A stretch of DNA of 64,000 bases from Hydrogenophilaceae bacterium (GTDB lineage Bacteria; Pseudomonadota; Gammaproteobacteria; Burkholderiales; Thiobacillaceae). The stretch lies in contig JANJWO010000019.1 in assembly GCA_024709485.1 (NCBI GenBank), positions 33,554-97,553 of the forward strand. Direction: 5' to 3'. Below the pieces are notes generated by a model. That model saw nothing but the letters and a program-made list of their open reading frames with translations, made no database searches and had not been told where the DNA came from. Of the stretch, positions 50,402-64,000 are shown one piece after another. The translations under genes were made by a program, and so were the position numbers. Within the stretch, counting starts at the first letter, position 1. Each line of letters opens with the position of its first letter.

Positions 50402-52120
50402 TTATTGCTGATCGGCGTTCTTGGTGTCCATCTTGGCCTTGAGCAGCGCGCCCAGGTTGGTGGCGCCGCTGGCGGCCGCGGCGGACTCGGCGCTGAATTT
50501 CTTCATGGCCGCATCCTGCTCGGCGCTGTCCTTGGCCTTGATGGAGAGGTTGATCACGCGGTTCTTGCGGTCCACGTTGATGATCATGGCCTCGACCTCG
50601 TCGCCTTCCTTGAAGTGGGTGCGCATGTCCTCGACACGGTCGCGCGACACTTCGGAAGCGCGCAGATAGCCTTCCATCTCGCCGCCCAGGTCGACGGCGG
50701 CGCCCTTGGCGTCCAGCGACTTGATGGTGCCCTTCACGATGCTGCCCTTCTCATGGCTGCCGACGAAGGAGTTGAACGGATCGCCTTCCAGCTGCTTGAT
50801 GCCGAGGGAGATGCGCTCGCGCTCGGTGTCGATCGCCAGCACCACGGCTTCCACGTCCTGGCCCTTGCGGAAATTGCGCACGGCTTCCTCGCCGGGCAGG
50901 TTCCACGACAGGTCGGACAGGTGCACCAGGCCGTCGATGCCGCCGGGCAGGCCGATGAACACGCCGAAGTCAGTGATCGACTTGATGGCGCCGGCAACCT
51001 TGTCGCCCTTCTTGTGGTTCATGGAGAACTCTTCCCAGGGGTTGGCGCGGCACTGCTTCATGCCCAGGGAGATGCGGCGCTTGTCCTCGTCGATGTCGAG
51101 CACCATGACTTCGACTTCGTCGCCCAGCTGCACGACCTTGCTGGGGCTGACGTTCTTGTTGGTCCAGTCCATCTCGGAGACGTGCACCAGGCCCTCGATG
51201 CCGGGTTCGATCTCGACGAACGCGCCGTAGTCGGTGAGGTTGGCCACCTTGCCGAACATGCGGGTGCCCTGCGGGTAGCGGCGGGCGATGCCGACCCAGG
51301 GATCGTCGCCCAGCTGCTTGATGCCCAGCGAGACGCGGTTCTTTTCCTGGTCGAACTTGAGGATCTTGGCTTCGATTTCCTGGCCGACCTGCACCACTTC
51401 GGAGGGGTGCTTGACGCGGCGCCAGGCCATGTCGGTGATGTGCAGCAGGCCGTCGATGCCGCCGAGGTCGACGAACGCGCCGTAATCGGTGATGTTCTTG
51501 ACCACGCCCTTGACCACGGTGCCTTCCTTGAGGCTTTCCATCAGGGCTTCACGGTCGGCACCCATGGTCTCTTCCAGCACGGCGCGGCGCGACACCACCA
51601 CGTTGTTGCGCTTGCGATCGAGCTTGATGACCTTGAATTCCAGTTCCTTGTTTTCGTACGGCGTGGTGTCCTTGATCGGACGCATGTCGACGAGCGAACC
51701 GGGCAGGAAGGCGCGCAGGCCGTTCATCAGCACGGTGAGGCCGCCCTTGACCTTGCCGGCGACCAGGCCGGAGACGATGCGGCCTTCGTTCATGGCGGCT
51801 TCCAGGTCCAGCCACGCGGCGAGGCGCTTGGCGCGGTCGCGCGACAGCTTGGTGGAGCCGAAACCGTCTTCCAGGGATTCGATGGCGACTTGCACGAAAT
51901 CGCCGGGCTTGACTTCGATTTCTCCGCGGTCGTTCTTGAATTCCTCGGTGGGAATCAGGCTCTCGGACTTGAGGCCGGCGTTGACCACAACGAAATTGTC
52001 ATCGACGCTCACCACTTCGGCGGTGATGACTTCGCCCTGACGCATTTCCTGGCGATTGAGGGATTCCTCGAACAGGGCGGCAAAGCTTTCGTTGGAGGCG
52101 GAGGTTTGGGTAGCAGACAT
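50402..52120 (-). CDS. rpsA: 30S ribosomal protein S1
   Basis: [10 protein letters not shown], repeated S1 domains (DYGAFV, GLLHITD, RISLG). Confidence 0.98.
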   Translation of the reverse strand: MSATQTSASNESFAALFEESLNRQEMRQGEVITAEVVSVDDNFVVVNAGLKSESLIPTEEFKNDRGEIEVKPGDFVQVAIESLEDGFGSTKLSRDRAKRLAAWLDLEAAMNEGRIVSGLVAGKVKGGLTVLMNGLRAFLPGSLVDMRPIKDTTPYENKELEFKVIKLDRKRNNVVVSRRAVLEETMGADREALMESLKEGTVVKGVVKNITDYGAFVDLGGIDGLLHITDMAWRRVKHPSEVVQVGQEIEAKILKFDQEKNRVSLGIKQLGDDPWVGIARRYPQGTRMFGKVANLTDYGAFVEIEPGIEGLVHVSEMDWTNKNVSPSKVVQLGDEVEVMVLDIDEDKRRISLGMKQCRANPWEEFSMNHKKGDKVAGAIKSITDFGVFIGLPGGIDGLVHLSDLSWNLPGEEAVRNFRKGQDVEAVVLAIDTERERISLGIKQLEGDPFNSFVGSHEKGSIVKGTIKSLDAKGAAVDLGGEMEGYLRASEVSRDRVEDMRTHFKEGDEVEAMIINVDRKNRVINLSIKAKDSAEQDAAMKKFSAESAAAASGATNLGALLKAKMDTKNADQQ

Positions 52121-52195
52121 TTAAAAAGACCTTCGGGTCACTCTTGCGAGTGGGGTTGGTTGCACACATGCCGGCCAAAATGATGGCTGGCGCCA
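52121..52195 (-). promoter_or_regulatory. Structured rpsA leader
   Basis: Three short hairpins (GCCGGCCA/TGGCTGGC, CACTC/GAGTG, GACC/GGTC) and a U-rich tract before ATG, with no strong SD. Resembles the autoregulatory S1 leader. Confidence 0.45.
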
Positions 52196-52215
52196 ATGTT
52201 CACTTCAATTGCGTT

Positions 52216-52875
52216 TCATCCGCGGGAGGCGCGATGGCCTTCCAGCACCGCTTCCACCACCTGATCGATGTTCATCGCGGTGGAGTCCAGCACCAGGGCA
52301 TCCGGCGCCGGTTTCAAGGGCGCCACAGCGCGCTGAGCATCGCGCGCATCCCGTGCCCGCATGTCGCGGACAAGATCGGCAAGGTTAGCAGGGTTTCCCT
52401 TTTCGATCAACTGTTTATGGCGTCTTGCCGCCCTCGCCTCGGGGCTGGCGGTGAGGAAAACCTTGGTCTGCGCCGCGGGAAAAACCACCGTGCCCATGTC
52501 GCGACCGTCGGCCACCAGACCGGGGGCCTGGGCATAGGCGCGCTGCCGCGCCAACAGGGCCTCGCGCACCGCCGGCAGCGCCGCCACCCTGGAGGCGCCC
52601 TCGCCCACCGCCTCGGCGCGGATCGCCTGCGTGACCTGCTCTCCACCGAGCCAGACCTCCCCGGCCCGGAATTCCGCCGGAAGCTCCGCCGCCAGCGCCG
52701 CCAGCGCAGCCTCGTCGGACAAATCGACGCCCTGGCGCAGGGCATGGAGCGCCGTCAAACGGTAGAGCGCACCGGAATCGAGCACATGGAAGCCCAGCCT
52801 TGCCGCGACCTTCTCGGCGATGGTGCCCTTGCCCGAAGCGGACGGGCCGTCGATGGTGATGATGGGAATGTTCAT
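52216..52875 (-). CDS. cmk: Cytidylate kinase
   Basis: [34 protein letters not shown]. Confidence 0.96.
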   Translation of the reverse strand: MNIPIITIDGPSASGKGTIAEKVAARLGFHVLDSGALYRLTALHALRQGVDLSDEAALAALAAELPAEFRAGEVWLGGEQVTQAIRAEAVGEGASRVAALPAVREALLARQRAYAQAPGLVADGRDMGTVVFPAAQTKVFLTASPEARAARRHKQLIEKGNPANLADLVRDMRARDARDAQRAVAPLKPAPDALVLDSTAMNIDQVVEAVLEGHRASRG

Positions 52876-52886
52876 ATTCAAAAGCT

Positions 52887-52945
52887 AGCCACAGAGGACA
52901 CAGAGAAAATCCTTAACTTACGCATAAGCCCCTCTGTGATCCCTG
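52887..52945. repeat. 9-bp-period palindromic element, subfamily A, eroded (copy 10)
   Basis: AGCCACAGAGGACACAGAGAAAATCCTTA (nearly identical to the left end of copy 7) ... CTCTGTGATCCCTG. Confidence 0.8.
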
Positions 52946-52957
52946 CAAGGGTATGCC

Positions 52958-54277
52958 TCATACCAGTTTGCAGGCCGCGGGCTGGCCGGTAATCGTCGCC
53001 AGCACCTTGAAGTATTCCGGAAAGGTCTTGTTCACGCACTGGGGGTCGTTGATGCGCACCGGCACCCCGCCCACGGTCACCAGCGAGAAGCACATGGCCA
53101 TGCGGTGGTCGTCGTAGGTATCCACTGCCACGTTAGGCGTGAGGCGTGAGGCGTGAGGCGGCGTAATTTTGAGATAGTCCGGTCCCTCTTCGACCGCGGC
53201 GCCGAACTTGCGCAGTTCGGTGGCCATGGCGGCGATGCGGTCGGTTTCCTTGACGCGCCAGGACGCGATGTTGCGCAGCGTGGAGGGGCCGTCGGCGAAC
53301 AGCGCCAGCACGGCCAGGGTCATGGCGGCGTCGGGGATGTGGTTGCAGTCCATGTCGACGGCGCGGATTTTCTCGCTGCACGGCAGCTGCGCCTCGATCC
53401 AGTTCGGCCCCATGCCGATTTCCGCGCCCATCCTGGCGAGCGCGGCGGCGAACTGCACGTCGCCCTGCAGCGCGTTGCGGCCCACGCCCTGCACCCGCAC
53501 CGGGCCGTGGCCAAGCGCCCCGGCGGCCAGGAAGTAGGAAGCGGAAGAGGCATCGCCCTCGACTTCGATCTCGCCCGGGCTCTGGTAGGTGGCGACGGGC
53601 ACGGTGAAGCGCTCCCAGCCCTGCTGTTCGACCTTGATGCCGAACCTCGCCATCAGGCCCAGGGTGATCTTGATGTAGGGTTTCGAGATCAGCTCGCCTT
53701 CCACCTTGATCGTCACGCTGCGCCCGAGCAGGGGCGCCGCCATCAAGAGCCCGGTGAGGAACTGGCTGGAGACATTGCCCTTGACGGAGACTTCCGGCGC
53801 ATCCCCCGCCTGGGCAGGCTGGATGCGCAGCGGCGGGAAGCCCTCGTTGCCCAGATAGTCGATGCGCGCGCCCAGTTGCCGCAAACCATCGACCAGATCG
53901 CCGATGGGCCGCTCGTGCATGCGCGCCACGCCCTTCAGCACATAGTCGCCGCCCGACAGCGCGCAGGCTGCGGTGAGCGAACGGAAGGCGGTGCCGGCAT
54001 TGCCCAGGAACAATTCCGCCTGCTTGACCGGAAACGCCCCGCCGATGCCTTCCACCCGGTAGTGGTCGGTGCCTTCATGGCGCTGCCAGTTCACGCCCAG
54101 GCGCGACAGCGATTCGAGCATGACCTGGGTGTCGTCGGAATCCAGCAGCTCCTTGATTTCCGTGGTGCCGGAAGCCAGCGCCGACAGCAGCAGCACGCGG
54201 TTGGAAATGCTTTTCGAGCCCGGCAGCTTGACCATGCCGGAGGCGGATTTGTAGGCGGGAAGATCGATGAAATCCAT
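52958..54277 (-). CDS. aroA: EPSP synthase
   Basis: [47 protein letters not shown]. Confidence 0.97.
   Translation of the reverse strand: MDFIDLPAYKSASGMVKLPGSKSISNRVLLLSALASGTTEIKELLDSDDTQVMLESLSRLGVNWQRHEGTDHYRVEGIGGAFPVKQAELFLGNAGTAFRSLTAACALSGGDYVLKGVARMHERPIGDLVDGLRQLGARIDYLGNEGFPPLRIQPAQAGDAPEVSVKGNVSSQFLTGLLMAAPLLGRSVTIKVEGELISKPYIKITLGLMARFGIKVEQQGWERFTVPVATYQSPGEIEVEGDASSASYFLAAGALGHGPVRVQGVGRNALQGDVQFAAALARMGAEIGMGPNWIEAQLPCSEKIRAVDMDCNHIPDAAMTLAVLALFADGPSTLRNIASWRVKETDRIAAMATELRKFGAAVEEGPDYLKITPPHASRLTPNVAVDTYDDHRMAMCFSLVTVGGVPVRINDPQCVNKTFPEYFKVLATITGQPAACKLV
53132..53159 (+). repeat. 7-bp tandem repeat (GTGAGGC x4) inside aroA
   Basis: GTTAGGC GTGAGGC GTGAGGC GTGAGGC, encodes PHASRLTPN on the minus strand. 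Confidence 0.85.
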
Positions 54278-54284
54278 TTTTTCA

Positions 54285-54366
54285 AACACCGAGGAAACAG
54301 AGGAAACAGAGGAAATCTGTCTTGAAAGTTCTTGATCTACTCTGTTTCCTCTGCTGCCTCTGTGTT
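54285..54366. repeat. 9-bp-period palindromic element, subfamily B (copy 11)
   Basis: AACACCGAGGAAACAGAGGAAACAGAGG ... CTCTGTTTCCTCTGCTGCCTCTGTGTT, between tyrA and aroA. Confidence 0.88.
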
Positions 54367-54393
54367 AATTCGGTTGTGATTTTGATTTGAGCA

Positions 54394-55266
54394 TCATTCA
54401 TTGCCCCATTTTCGTCGCGCTAGGCTCGCCCGGGAAAATATTCTTTCCAGCGCGGCGGCATCGCTTGTTTCCAAGGCAGCAGCGATTTCACCCAGCTTGT
54501 TCATGTAGGCAGACAACTCGGCAAGCAGCGCCTCGCGGTTGGCGAGCGCGATGTCGCGCCACATCTCCGGATTGCTGCCGGCGATGCGGGTGAAATCGCG
54601 GAAACCGCTGGCGGCATAGCGGAAGAATTCCTCCGCCTCGGGGCGCGCGGCCAGGTCGTCGACCAGGGCAAATGCGGCCAGATGCGGCAGATGGCTGACT
54701 GCGGCAAAAATGCGGTCATGGTGCGCGGCGTCCATGCGCACCACCTGGGCGCCGGTGGCCTGCCAGAGCGCGGTCACGGTTTCCGCGGCGGCGGCATCGG
54801 TTTCCGCCGTGGGGCAAAGCACCACGTTGCGGCCGATGAACAGGTCGGCGCGCGCAGCCTGCGGCCCGTTGCTCTCGGCCCCGGCGATGGGATGGCCGGG
54901 CACGAAGCGCGAGAACCTGGCGCCCAGCAGTTCGCGCGCGGCGGCGATGAGGTCGCACTTGGTGCTGCCCGCATCGGTGATGATGGTATTTTCGCCCAGA
55001 TGCGGCGCGATCTCGCGCAACACGCCCTGCATCTGCCCCATCGGCGTGGCCAGCATCACCACGTCGGCGCCGCCTATTTGCGCCGGGGATTCGGCGATGA
55101 CATCGATCAGGCCGTGCGACCTGGCCTGCTCTAGGGTCGCGCGGCGCCGGCCCAGGCCGACGACCTCCCCGACCTCGCCGGCCTGCTTGAGCGCAAGCGC
55201 GAGCGAGCCGCCGATGAGGCCGGTGCCGACGACGGCAAGGCGGCGGATGGGCAGGCTCACAGGCAT
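54394..55266 (-). CDS. tyrA: Prephenate/arogenate dehydrogenase
   Basis: GTGLIGGS, TDAGSTK, PGHPIAGAE, HD..FAAVSHLPH, GFRDFTRIA. Confidence 0.93.
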   Translation of the reverse strand: MPVSLPIRRLAVVGTGLIGGSLALALKQAGEVGEVVGLGRRRATLEQARSHGLIDVIAESPAQIGGADVVMLATPMGQMQGVLREIAPHLGENTIITDAGSTKCDLIAAARELLGARFSRFVPGHPIAGAESNGPQAARADLFIGRNVVLCPTAETDAAAAETVTALWQATGAQVVRMDAAHHDRIFAAVSHLPHLAAFALVDDLAARPEAEEFFRYAASGFRDFTRIAGSNPEMWRDIALANREALLAELSAYMNKLGEIAAALETSDAAALERIFSRASLARRKWGNE

Positions 55267-56378
55267 TCCCTCAGGGCGGCCAGGAAGCGCGTGTTCTGGG
55301 CTTCCAGGCCTACGGACACGCGCAGGAATTCGGGCAGGCCGTAGCCGGCCACCGGGCGCACGATCACGCCGCGCTTCAGCAGCATTTGATTGATGCGCGC
55401 CGCCTCGCCCACGCGGGCAAGCAGGAAATTGCCCCGGGAGGGCACGGGCTCCAGCCCCAGTTCAGCCAATCCGGCCGACAACTGCTTCAGCCCGGCCAGG
55501 TTCACTGCATAGCTGCGTTCGAGAAATTCCGTATCCGCGAGCGCCGCTTCCGCCGCCGCCAGCGCCGGCGCGCTGACATTGAAGGGTTGGCGCACGCGGT
55601 TCATGAGGTCGATCACGGCCGGATGGCCCAGGCCATAGCCCACGCGCAGACCGGCCAGGCCGTAGGCCTTGGAGAAGGTGCGCGAGATCAGCAGATTGGG
55701 GAATTTCGCCAGCCAGGACACCGTATCGAAGCGGTCCATGGGCGGCAGGTACTCGCCATAGGCCTCGTCCAGCACCACCAGCACATGGCGCGGCACCTCA
55801 CCGAGGAAGGCCTCGATCTCCGCCCACGGCAGGAAGGTGCCGGTGGGATTGTTGGGATTGGCGATCCACATCACGCGCGTGTCGTCGCGCATGGCGGCGC
55901 GCATGGCGGCGAGGTCGTGGCCGTAGCTCTTGGCCGGCACCTCGATGCCCGTTGCCCCCACGGTCAGCGTGGCGATGGGATAGACGGCGAAGGCATGCTG
56001 CGCATAGACAGCCGAGACGCCAGGCCCGAGGAAGGCGCGCGCCGCCATGTCCAGCACATCGTTCGAGCCGTTGCCGAGCACGATGTTGTCCTGCGCCACG
56101 CCCAGCTTTCCGCACAGCGCGGCCTTGAGCGCGAAGCCGGCGCCGTCGGGATACAGCGCCATGTCCTGCAGCGCCGCCTGTGCTGCGGCCAAGCCTTTGG
56201 GGCTCGGCCCCAAAGGGTTTTCGTTGGAGGCGAGCTTGACGATGGCAGCCTCCTCCAGGCCGAACTCCCGCGCCAGCTCGGAAATGGGCTTGCCCGGCAC
56301 ATAGGGGGCAATGGCTTTCACATGGGGCGCGGCGCGCTCGCAGACCTCGATGGCAAACTTCTCCTGGTGCGAATTCAT
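55257..56378 (-). CDS. hisC: Histidinol-phosphate aminotransferase
   Basis: KLASNENPLG, GNGSND, NPNNPTG, DEAY, RTFSKAYGLAGLRVGY. Confidence 0.95.
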   Translation of the reverse strand: MNSHQEKFAIEVCERAAPHVKAIAPYVPGKPISELAREFGLEEAAIVKLASNENPLGPSPKGLAAAQAALQDMALYPDGAGFALKAALCGKLGVAQDNIVLGNGSNDVLDMAARAFLGPGVSAVYAQHAFAVYPIATLTVGATGIEVPAKSYGHDLAAMRAAMRDDTRVMWIANPNNPTGTFLPWAEIEAFLGEVPRHVLVVLDEAYGEYLPPMDRFDTVSWLAKFPNLLISRTFSKAYGLAGLRVGYGLGHPAVIDLMNRVRQPFNVSAPALAAAEAALADTEFLERSYAVNLAGLKQLSAGLAELGLEPVPSRGNFLLARVGEAARINQMLLKRGVIVRPVAGYGLPEFLRVSVGLEAQNTRFLAALRECL

Positions 56379-56391
56379 GGCAAGGCAGGCC

Positions 56392-57486
56392 TCAACGCGC
56401 GGCCGGGTAGGAGCCGAGCAGCCTGACCATGGCCGCGCGCGCCGCGACTTCCTTCAGCGCCGCGGCGACCGCGGGGTCGTCGCGATGGCCCTCGAGGTCG
56501 ACGAAAAACAGATATTCCCAGTTCGCGCCCTTCACCGGGCGCGACTCGAACTTGGTCATGGAGACGCCGGCATCGGCCAGCGGCTGCAGCAACTTCACCA
56601 CCGAGCCCGGCACATTGGGCGCGGACATCACCAGCGAGGTCTTGTCGCGCCCCGAGGGCAGCGCGTCATGGTCGGACAGTACCAGGAAGCGCGTCGTATT
56701 GTTCGGCTCGTCCTCGATGCGCGGCGCCACGACGTTGAGCCCGTAGGTTTGCGCCGCGCTGTCGCCGGCGACTGCTGCCGCCGCCGCATCCTCCGCCGCC
56801 AGGCGCGCGCCTTCCGCATTGCTCACCGTGCTCACGCGCTCGGCCCCGGGCAGATGCTGGTTCAGCCAGTGCTGGCACTGGGCCAGCGACTGGGCGTGGC
56901 CATAGACGCGCTGGATTCCCGCAAGCCCCCCCTCATCCCCCACCCGCGAAGCGGCGGAGGCATCGATCTTGCGCAGCAGATGCTGGCGGATCGGCAGCAA
57001 CACCTCGCCGCAGATTTTAAGCGGGCTGCCCACGATCAGATCCAGCGTGCGCGAAACCGCGCCTTCGGTCGAGTTTTCCACCGGCACCACGGCATAGTCG
57101 GCGCGGCCGGTCTCCACCGCCCGGAAAGTTTCGTCGATGGTGGCGCAGGGAACCTCGCCCACGGCGTGGCCGAACTGCTTGAAGGCGGCGGCCTGGCTGA
57201 AGGTGCCCTGGGGACCGAGGTAGGCGATGCGCAGGTGCTGTTCGAGGTCGCGGCAGGCCGACATGATTTCGCGGAACAGGCGCTCGATGTTCTCGGGCTT
57301 GAGCGGCCCGGGATTGTCGGCCACCAGCCTGCGCAAGACCTGGGCCTCGCGCTCGGCGCGGTAGATCTGGCCGTTCTTGATGTGGCCGACCGCCTGCGCC
57401 AGTCCGGCGCGCTCGTTCAGCAGGCGCAACAGTTGGGTGTCGAGCGCGTCGATGCGGTCGCGCAGCTTGAGCAGTTCGTCACTCAT
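56392..57486 (-). CDS. pheA: Chorismate mutase / prephenate dehydratase (P-protein)
   Basis: LRDRIDALD, YLGPQGTFS, VPVENSTEG, NTTRF, ESRP, LGSYP. Confidence 0.95.
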   Translation of the reverse strand: MSDELLKLRDRIDALDTQLLRLLNERAGLAQAVGHIKNGQIYRAEREAQVLRRLVADNPGPLKPENIERLFREIMSACRDLEQHLRIAYLGPQGTFSQAAAFKQFGHAVGEVPCATIDETFRAVETGRADYAVVPVENSTEGAVSRTLDLIVGSPLKICGEVLLPIRQHLLRKIDASAASRVGDEGGLAGIQRVYGHAQSLAQCQHWLNQHLPGAERVSTVSNAEGARLAAEDAAAAAVAGDSAAQTYGLNVVAPRIEDEPNNTTRFLVLSDHDALPSGRDKTSLVMSAPNVPGSVVKLLQPLADAGVSMTKFESRPVKGANWEYLFFVDLEGHRDDPAVAAALKEVAARAAMVRLLGSYPAAR

Positions 57487-58660
57487 CGGCAGGCAGGTAG
57501 CGCACGTTGAGAACGCCTTCGATGGCGGCCAGTTTCCGCAGCACGGCATCGCTCACCGCGCTGTCCACGTCGACCAGGGTATAGGCCATGTCGCCCTTGG
57601 ATTTGTTGACCATGTTGTGGATGTTGAGGCCGGCCTCGGCCAGCGCGGAGGTGATCGCGCCCACCATGTTGGGCACGTTGGCGTTGGCGATGGCCAGGCG
57701 GTAGGCCGACTCGCGCCCCATTTCCACATTGGGGAAGTTGACCGAATTGAGGATGTTGCCGTTTTCCAGGAAGTCGGCGAGCTGCTGCGCCACCATGATG
57801 GCGCAATTCTCCTCGGCCTCCTCGGTCGACGCCCCGAGGTGCGGCAGGGTCACGACCCTGGGGTTGTGCTTCAGCGCATTGGCCGGGAAATCGCAGATGT
57901 AGGCGTTAAGCTTGCCGGCGGCGAGCGCCTCGACCACGGCGGCGTTGTCCACCGTGCCTTCGCGCGCGAAGTTGAGCAGGATGGTGCCGTGGCGCATGGC
58001 GGCGATGCGCTCGGCATTGATGAGGTTCCTGGTGGCGTCGACCAGCGGCACGTGCAGCGACACGAAATCGCTCTGGCGCAGCAGATCCTCCACGCTGGCC
58101 GCCTTTTTCACCTGCGCCGGCAGCCGCCAGGCGGCCTCCACGGTGATGGCGGGGTCGAAGCCCACCACGTTCATGCCGAGCTTGATGGCGGCATCCGCCA
58201 CCAGCGAGCCGATGGCGCCCAGCCCGATCACGCCCAGGGTGCGCCCGGGCAATTCGCCGCCGGCGAACTTCTTCTTGCCGGCCTCGGTGGCCTGGTGGAT
58301 TTCCTCGTCGCTGCCGGCAAGGCTCTCACAGAACCTGAGCGCGGGCGCCAGGTTGCGCACGCCCATCAGCATACCGGCGATGACCAGCTCCTTCACCGCG
58401 TTGGCATTGGCGCCCGGCGCGTTGAACACCGGCACCCCGCGCTCGCTCATGCGCTTGACCGGGATGTTGTTGGTGCCGGCGCCGGCGCGGCCGATGGCCT
58501 TGACGCTGGCGGGTATGGCCATGTCGTGCATGTTGTGCGAGCGCACCAGGATGGCATCCGGCTCCGTCACGTCGCCGCCCACCGAATACGTGTGCGGCAG
58601 CCTCGCCAGGCCCTTGGCGGAAATGGCGTTGAGGGTGAGGATCTTGTAGGCCCCGGCCAT
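57479..58660 (-). CDS. serA: D-3-phosphoglycerate dehydrogenase with C-terminal ACT domain
   Basis: GRAGAGTNNI, GVIGLGAIG, NFAR, PHLGASTEEAE. Follows serC. Confidence 0.9.
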   Translation of the reverse strand: MAGAYKILTLNAISAKGLARLPHTYSVGGDVTEPDAILVRSHNMHDMAIPASVKAIGRAGAGTNNIPVKRMSERGVPVFNAPGANANAVKELVIAGMLMGVRNLAPALRFCESLAGSDEEIHQATEAGKKKFAGGELPGRTLGVIGLGAIGSLVADAAIKLGMNVVGFDPAITVEAAWRLPAQVKKAASVEDLLRQSDFVSLHVPLVDATRNLINAERIAAMRHGTILLNFAREGTVDNAAVVEALAAGKLNAYICDFPANALKHNPRVVTLPHLGASTEEAEENCAIMVAQQLADFLENGNILNSVNFPNVEMGRESAYRLAIANANVPNMVGAITSALAEAGLNIHNMVNKSKGDMAYTLVDVDSAVSDAVLRKLAAIEGVLNVRYLPADE

Positions 58661-58664
58661 GCGC

Positions 58665-59747
58665 TTAACCCTGGCTCTTCTCGAATTCGCGCATGTAGTC
58701 GACCAGCGCCAGCACGCCCTCTTGCGGCATGGCGTTGTAGATGGAGGCGCGCATGCCGCCCACCGAGCGGTGCCCCTTCAGCTGCAGCAGGCCGCGCGCT
58801 TTCGCGCCCTTGAGGAAAGCCTCGTCCAGCGCCGCGTCCTTCAGCGTGAAAGGCACGTTCATGAGCGAGCGGTTTTCCTTCGCCACCGGCGAGCTGTAGA
58901 AATCGGTGCCGTCGAGCAGGTCATACAGCAGATTGGCCTTGTCGCGGTTGATCTTTTCCATCGCCGCCAGGCCGCCCTGCGCGGCGATCCACTTGAACAC
59001 CAGGCCGGCCACGTACATGGCGAAGGTGGGCGGGGTGTTGTACATGGAATCGGCGTCGGCATGGGTCTTGTAGTCGAACATGGTCGGCGTGCCGGCCACG
59101 GTCTGGCCGAGCAGATCCTCGCGCACGATGACGATGGTGAGCCCGGCCGGGCCGATGTTCTTCTGCGCGCCGGCGTAGATCAGGCCGAACTTGGACACGT
59201 CGATCGGGCGCGACAGGATGTTGGAGGACATGTCGGACACCAGCGGCACATCGCCGGTTTCCGGAGTCCAGAACATTTCCACGCCGCCGATGGTTTCGTT
59301 GGAGGTGTAATGCACGTAGGCGGCATTGGGGTCGAGCTTCCACTGGGCTTGCGCCGGGGCGTAGGAGAAGTTCTTGTCCTCGCTGCTGGCGACCACGTTC
59401 ACGGCGCCGTATTTCTTGGCTTCCTTGATCGCCTTCTTCGACCACTCGCCGGTGTTGAGGTAGTCGGCGGAAGTCTTTCCGCGCAACAGGTTCATCGGCA
59501 CCATGGCGAACTGGCTGGAGGCGCCGCCCTGCAGGAACAGCACCTTGTAATTGGCGGGAATGCCCATGAGCGCGCGCAGGTCGGCCTCGACCTCGGCGGC
59601 GATGCCCATGAACTCCTTGCCGCGGTGGGACATCTCCATCACCGACATGCCGCAGCCGTGCCAGTCCACCAATTCGGCCTGAACCTGCTGCAAAACGGCC
59701 TTGGGCAATACCGCGGGGCCAGCGCTGAAATTGTAGATGGTGCTCAT
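58665..59747 (-). CDS. serC: Phosphoserine aminotransferase
   Basis: [45 protein letters not shown]. Confidence 0.97.
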   Translation of the reverse strand: MSTIYNFSAGPAVLPKAVLQQVQAELVDWHGCGMSVMEMSHRGKEFMGIAAEVEADLRALMGIPANYKVLFLQGGASSQFAMVPMNLLRGKTSADYLNTGEWSKKAIKEAKKYGAVNVVASSEDKNFSYAPAQAQWKLDPNAAYVHYTSNETIGGVEMFWTPETGDVPLVSDMSSNILSRPIDVSKFGLIYAGAQKNIGPAGLTIVIVREDLLGQTVAGTPTMFDYKTHADADSMYNTPPTFAMYVAGLVFKWIAAQGGLAAMEKINRDKANLLYDLLDGTDFYSSPVAKENRSLMNVPFTLKDAALDEAFLKGAKARGLLQLKGHRSVGGMRASIYNAMPQEGVLALVDYMREFEKSQG

Positions 59748-60163
59748 TTTTCCTTCTTTACCGTGTTGTCGATTGCAAGAATGTCCGCGCTCGGCTTGCC
59801 CGTGTTGCTGTGGCCGACGAAGCGCGCGCCGGATTCGATGTCCAGGGCCTGGGCCGTCACGTCGCCCTGCACTTCGCCCTGGCTGTGGATGCGCAACTGC
59901 TCTTCCGCAGTCAGCGTGGCCTTGACCAGGCCGTGAATGACGATGTTGCGCGCGCGCACGTCCTTGCCTTCGATGACGCCGCCCAGCGACACCTCGATAT
60001 CGCCCTCGGCGCGCACATTGCCGCGGATGACGCCGTCCACCCGCAAATTGCCGGCCGCCTGAATGTCGCCCTTGACCTCGCTGCCCTTGCTGATGAAGGT
60101 CATCGCCACGTTCTGCATGTCGACCCTTTTCTCCTCCCTGACCGCCTTGGCTTTGAACACCAT
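59744..60163 (-). CDS. Bactofilin (polymer-forming cytoskeletal protein)
   Basis: [13 protein letters not shown]...LRVDG..GNV...V.GD.....L.IESGA.F.G beta-helix pattern. Confidence 0.88.
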   Translation of the reverse strand: MVFKAKAVREEKRVDMQNVAMTFISKGSEVKGDIQAAGNLRVDGVIRGNVRAEGDIEVSLGGVIEGKDVRARNIVIHGLVKATLTAEEQLRIHSQGEVQGDVTAQALDIESGARFVGHSNTGKPSADILAIDNTVKKEK

Positions 60164-60178
60164 GCTCGCCTCCCCTGC

Positions 60179-61122
60179 TTAATTGGTTTTCACGTAACGG
60201 GCCGGGTTGATCGTCTGCCCCCGGTAATACAGGGTGTAATGCAGATGCGGTCCGCTCGAACGCCCGGTGTTGCCGGAAAGGCCGAGCGCCTGGCCGCGCT
60301 CGACCGCATCGCCCGCCTTCACGTCCACCCGGGAAAGGTGCGCATACACGCTGCGATAGCCGAAGCCATGATCGATGGCCACGCGGTTGCCGTTGGGACC
60401 GTCATGGCCGGCCGCCTCCACGCGTCCGGGGCCGGTCGCCAGCACCGGGGTGCCGCGATCGACGATGAAATCGATGCCGTTGTGGAACTCGTGGCCGCGG
60501 CCAAAGGGATTGCCGCGCACGCCATAGTGCGAGCTGATGTCGATTCCGACCGCGACCGGGCTGCCCACCGGCCGCGCGATCTCGCGCGCCAGCGAGGTTT
60601 CGAGCAGCGGCAGCAGATCGTCGACGTTGTCGTCGAACAGCGAGAATTCCCTGCGCATCATTTCGGCCGCCTCGGCGCTGCTCACCGGGATCGCCACGCC
60701 GCCCTGCGGCCCGTCGGTCTCGGCCGGAAACTCGGTCTGCGCCCGATTCACCATGCCATGCACGCGTTCCGCGAGTTGCTCGACGCGCGCGCGCAGGTTG
60801 CTCATGTATTGCCCCATGCTCTGCTTTTCCTCGGCAAGCCGCTGATTGCTGGATTCGAGCATGGCGATCCGTTCTTCCTGCTGGCCGGCCCGCGCGATCG
60901 CATCCATGTTGGAAAGATGCGCGTAGGCAACATAGAACGTGCCGCCGAACCAGGCCAGCAGCAGCAGTCCAAGCGCCTGGCCGGTTTTCTTGAACGTGTC
61001 GAGGTTGAGGCGGAAGGTGCGGGCGGGGTGGCCAGTGCGGGCCACCACGATTTCCAGGTAGTGCGGATGCCGGGCGGCGCGGCCCTCCGGCTTGCGGAAG
61101 TAATCGCGCAGCCGGTGCAGCA

Positions 61123-61123
<1 letters not shown>
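60179..61123 (-). CDS. Membrane-anchored M23 family peptidoglycan endopeptidase
   Basis: Single TM helix, coiled coil, HNGIDF (HxxxD), [15 protein letters not shown] (HxH). Confidence 0.9.
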
Positions 61124-63666
<2,543 letters not shown>

Positions 63667-63783
63667 GGACCCGCTTGTCATCAATCAAAAGCCTGGATTT
63701 TAGCATGGTCTGAAACCTGGTCCGGCTTCCCTCCCGGCGGGTTTCTGGAGACAATGCCGGAGCGCATTCACATCGACCACGAC

Positions 63784-64000
63784 ATGGCCCAACCCGTTGA
63801 TCTGCTGATTTTCCCCCGCTGGATCGTGCCCATCGCCCCTGCCGGCGTGCTGGAAAACCACGCCCTCGCCGTCAAGGGCGGGCGCATCCTGGAGCTCTGC
63901 CCGGCCGAGGCCGCCACCGCCCGCTTCGCCGCGCGCGAGACCGTGGAACTGCCCGAACACGCGCTGATTCCAGGCCTCGTCAACCTGCACACCCATGCCG
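63784..64000 (+). CDS. TRZ/ATZ family amidohydrolase (MtaD-like), 5' part only
   Basis: DLLIFPRWIVP...LIPGLVNLHTHA (HxH). Divergent from gyrA and runs off the window. Alternative ATG at 63754. Confidence 0.85.
   Translation, partial: MAQPVDLLIFPRWIVPIAPAGVLENHALAVKGGRILELCPAEAATARFAARETVELPEHALIPGLVNLHTHA

Noticed and set aside
53132-53138. GTTAGGC in aroA as an integron core site
   Set aside because: It is a variant unit of the heptamer repeat inside a conserved CDS, with no complementary RYYYAAC partner or attC structure.

Overview
GC-rich chromosomal window whose gene content and order (gyrA-serC-serA-pheA-hisC-tyrA-aroA-cmk-rpsA-ihfB-lapAB-pyrF) point to a betaproteobacterium, probably a Nitrosomonadales-like lithotroph (inference). 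The first 33 kb is an energy-metabolism region. It holds a cytoplasmic group 3b [NiFe] hydrogenase operon, a minus-strand run hyaD-hupH-hynS-isp1-isp2-hynL-hupE that continues without a gap into a complete V/A-type ATPase operon, and a divergent hypCABDFE cluster. The rest is mostly housekeeping: a yybP-ykoY riboswitch with a UPF0016 exporter, tRNA-Leu(TAG), hpnCDE, radA, cysM, heptose genes and the aro/rpsA superoperon. Unexplained structure: (1) about 12 dispersed intergenic copies of a palindromic element whose arms are 9-bp-period repeats (CACAGAG-NN x3) around unrelated spacers, mostly at junctions inside operons; (2) an integrase-less integron cassette with an intact attC, enclosed by short imperfect terminal inverted repeats; (3) a 148-bp RPE-like palindrome filling the cysM-radA gap; (4) 7-bp tandem repeats and a hairpin-like insert inside the coding sequences of AroA, V-ATPase F and PheA; (5) an M23 peptidase-bactofilin pair inserted between gyrA and serC. 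All calls come from reading the sequence and the ORF track; no database searches were run.
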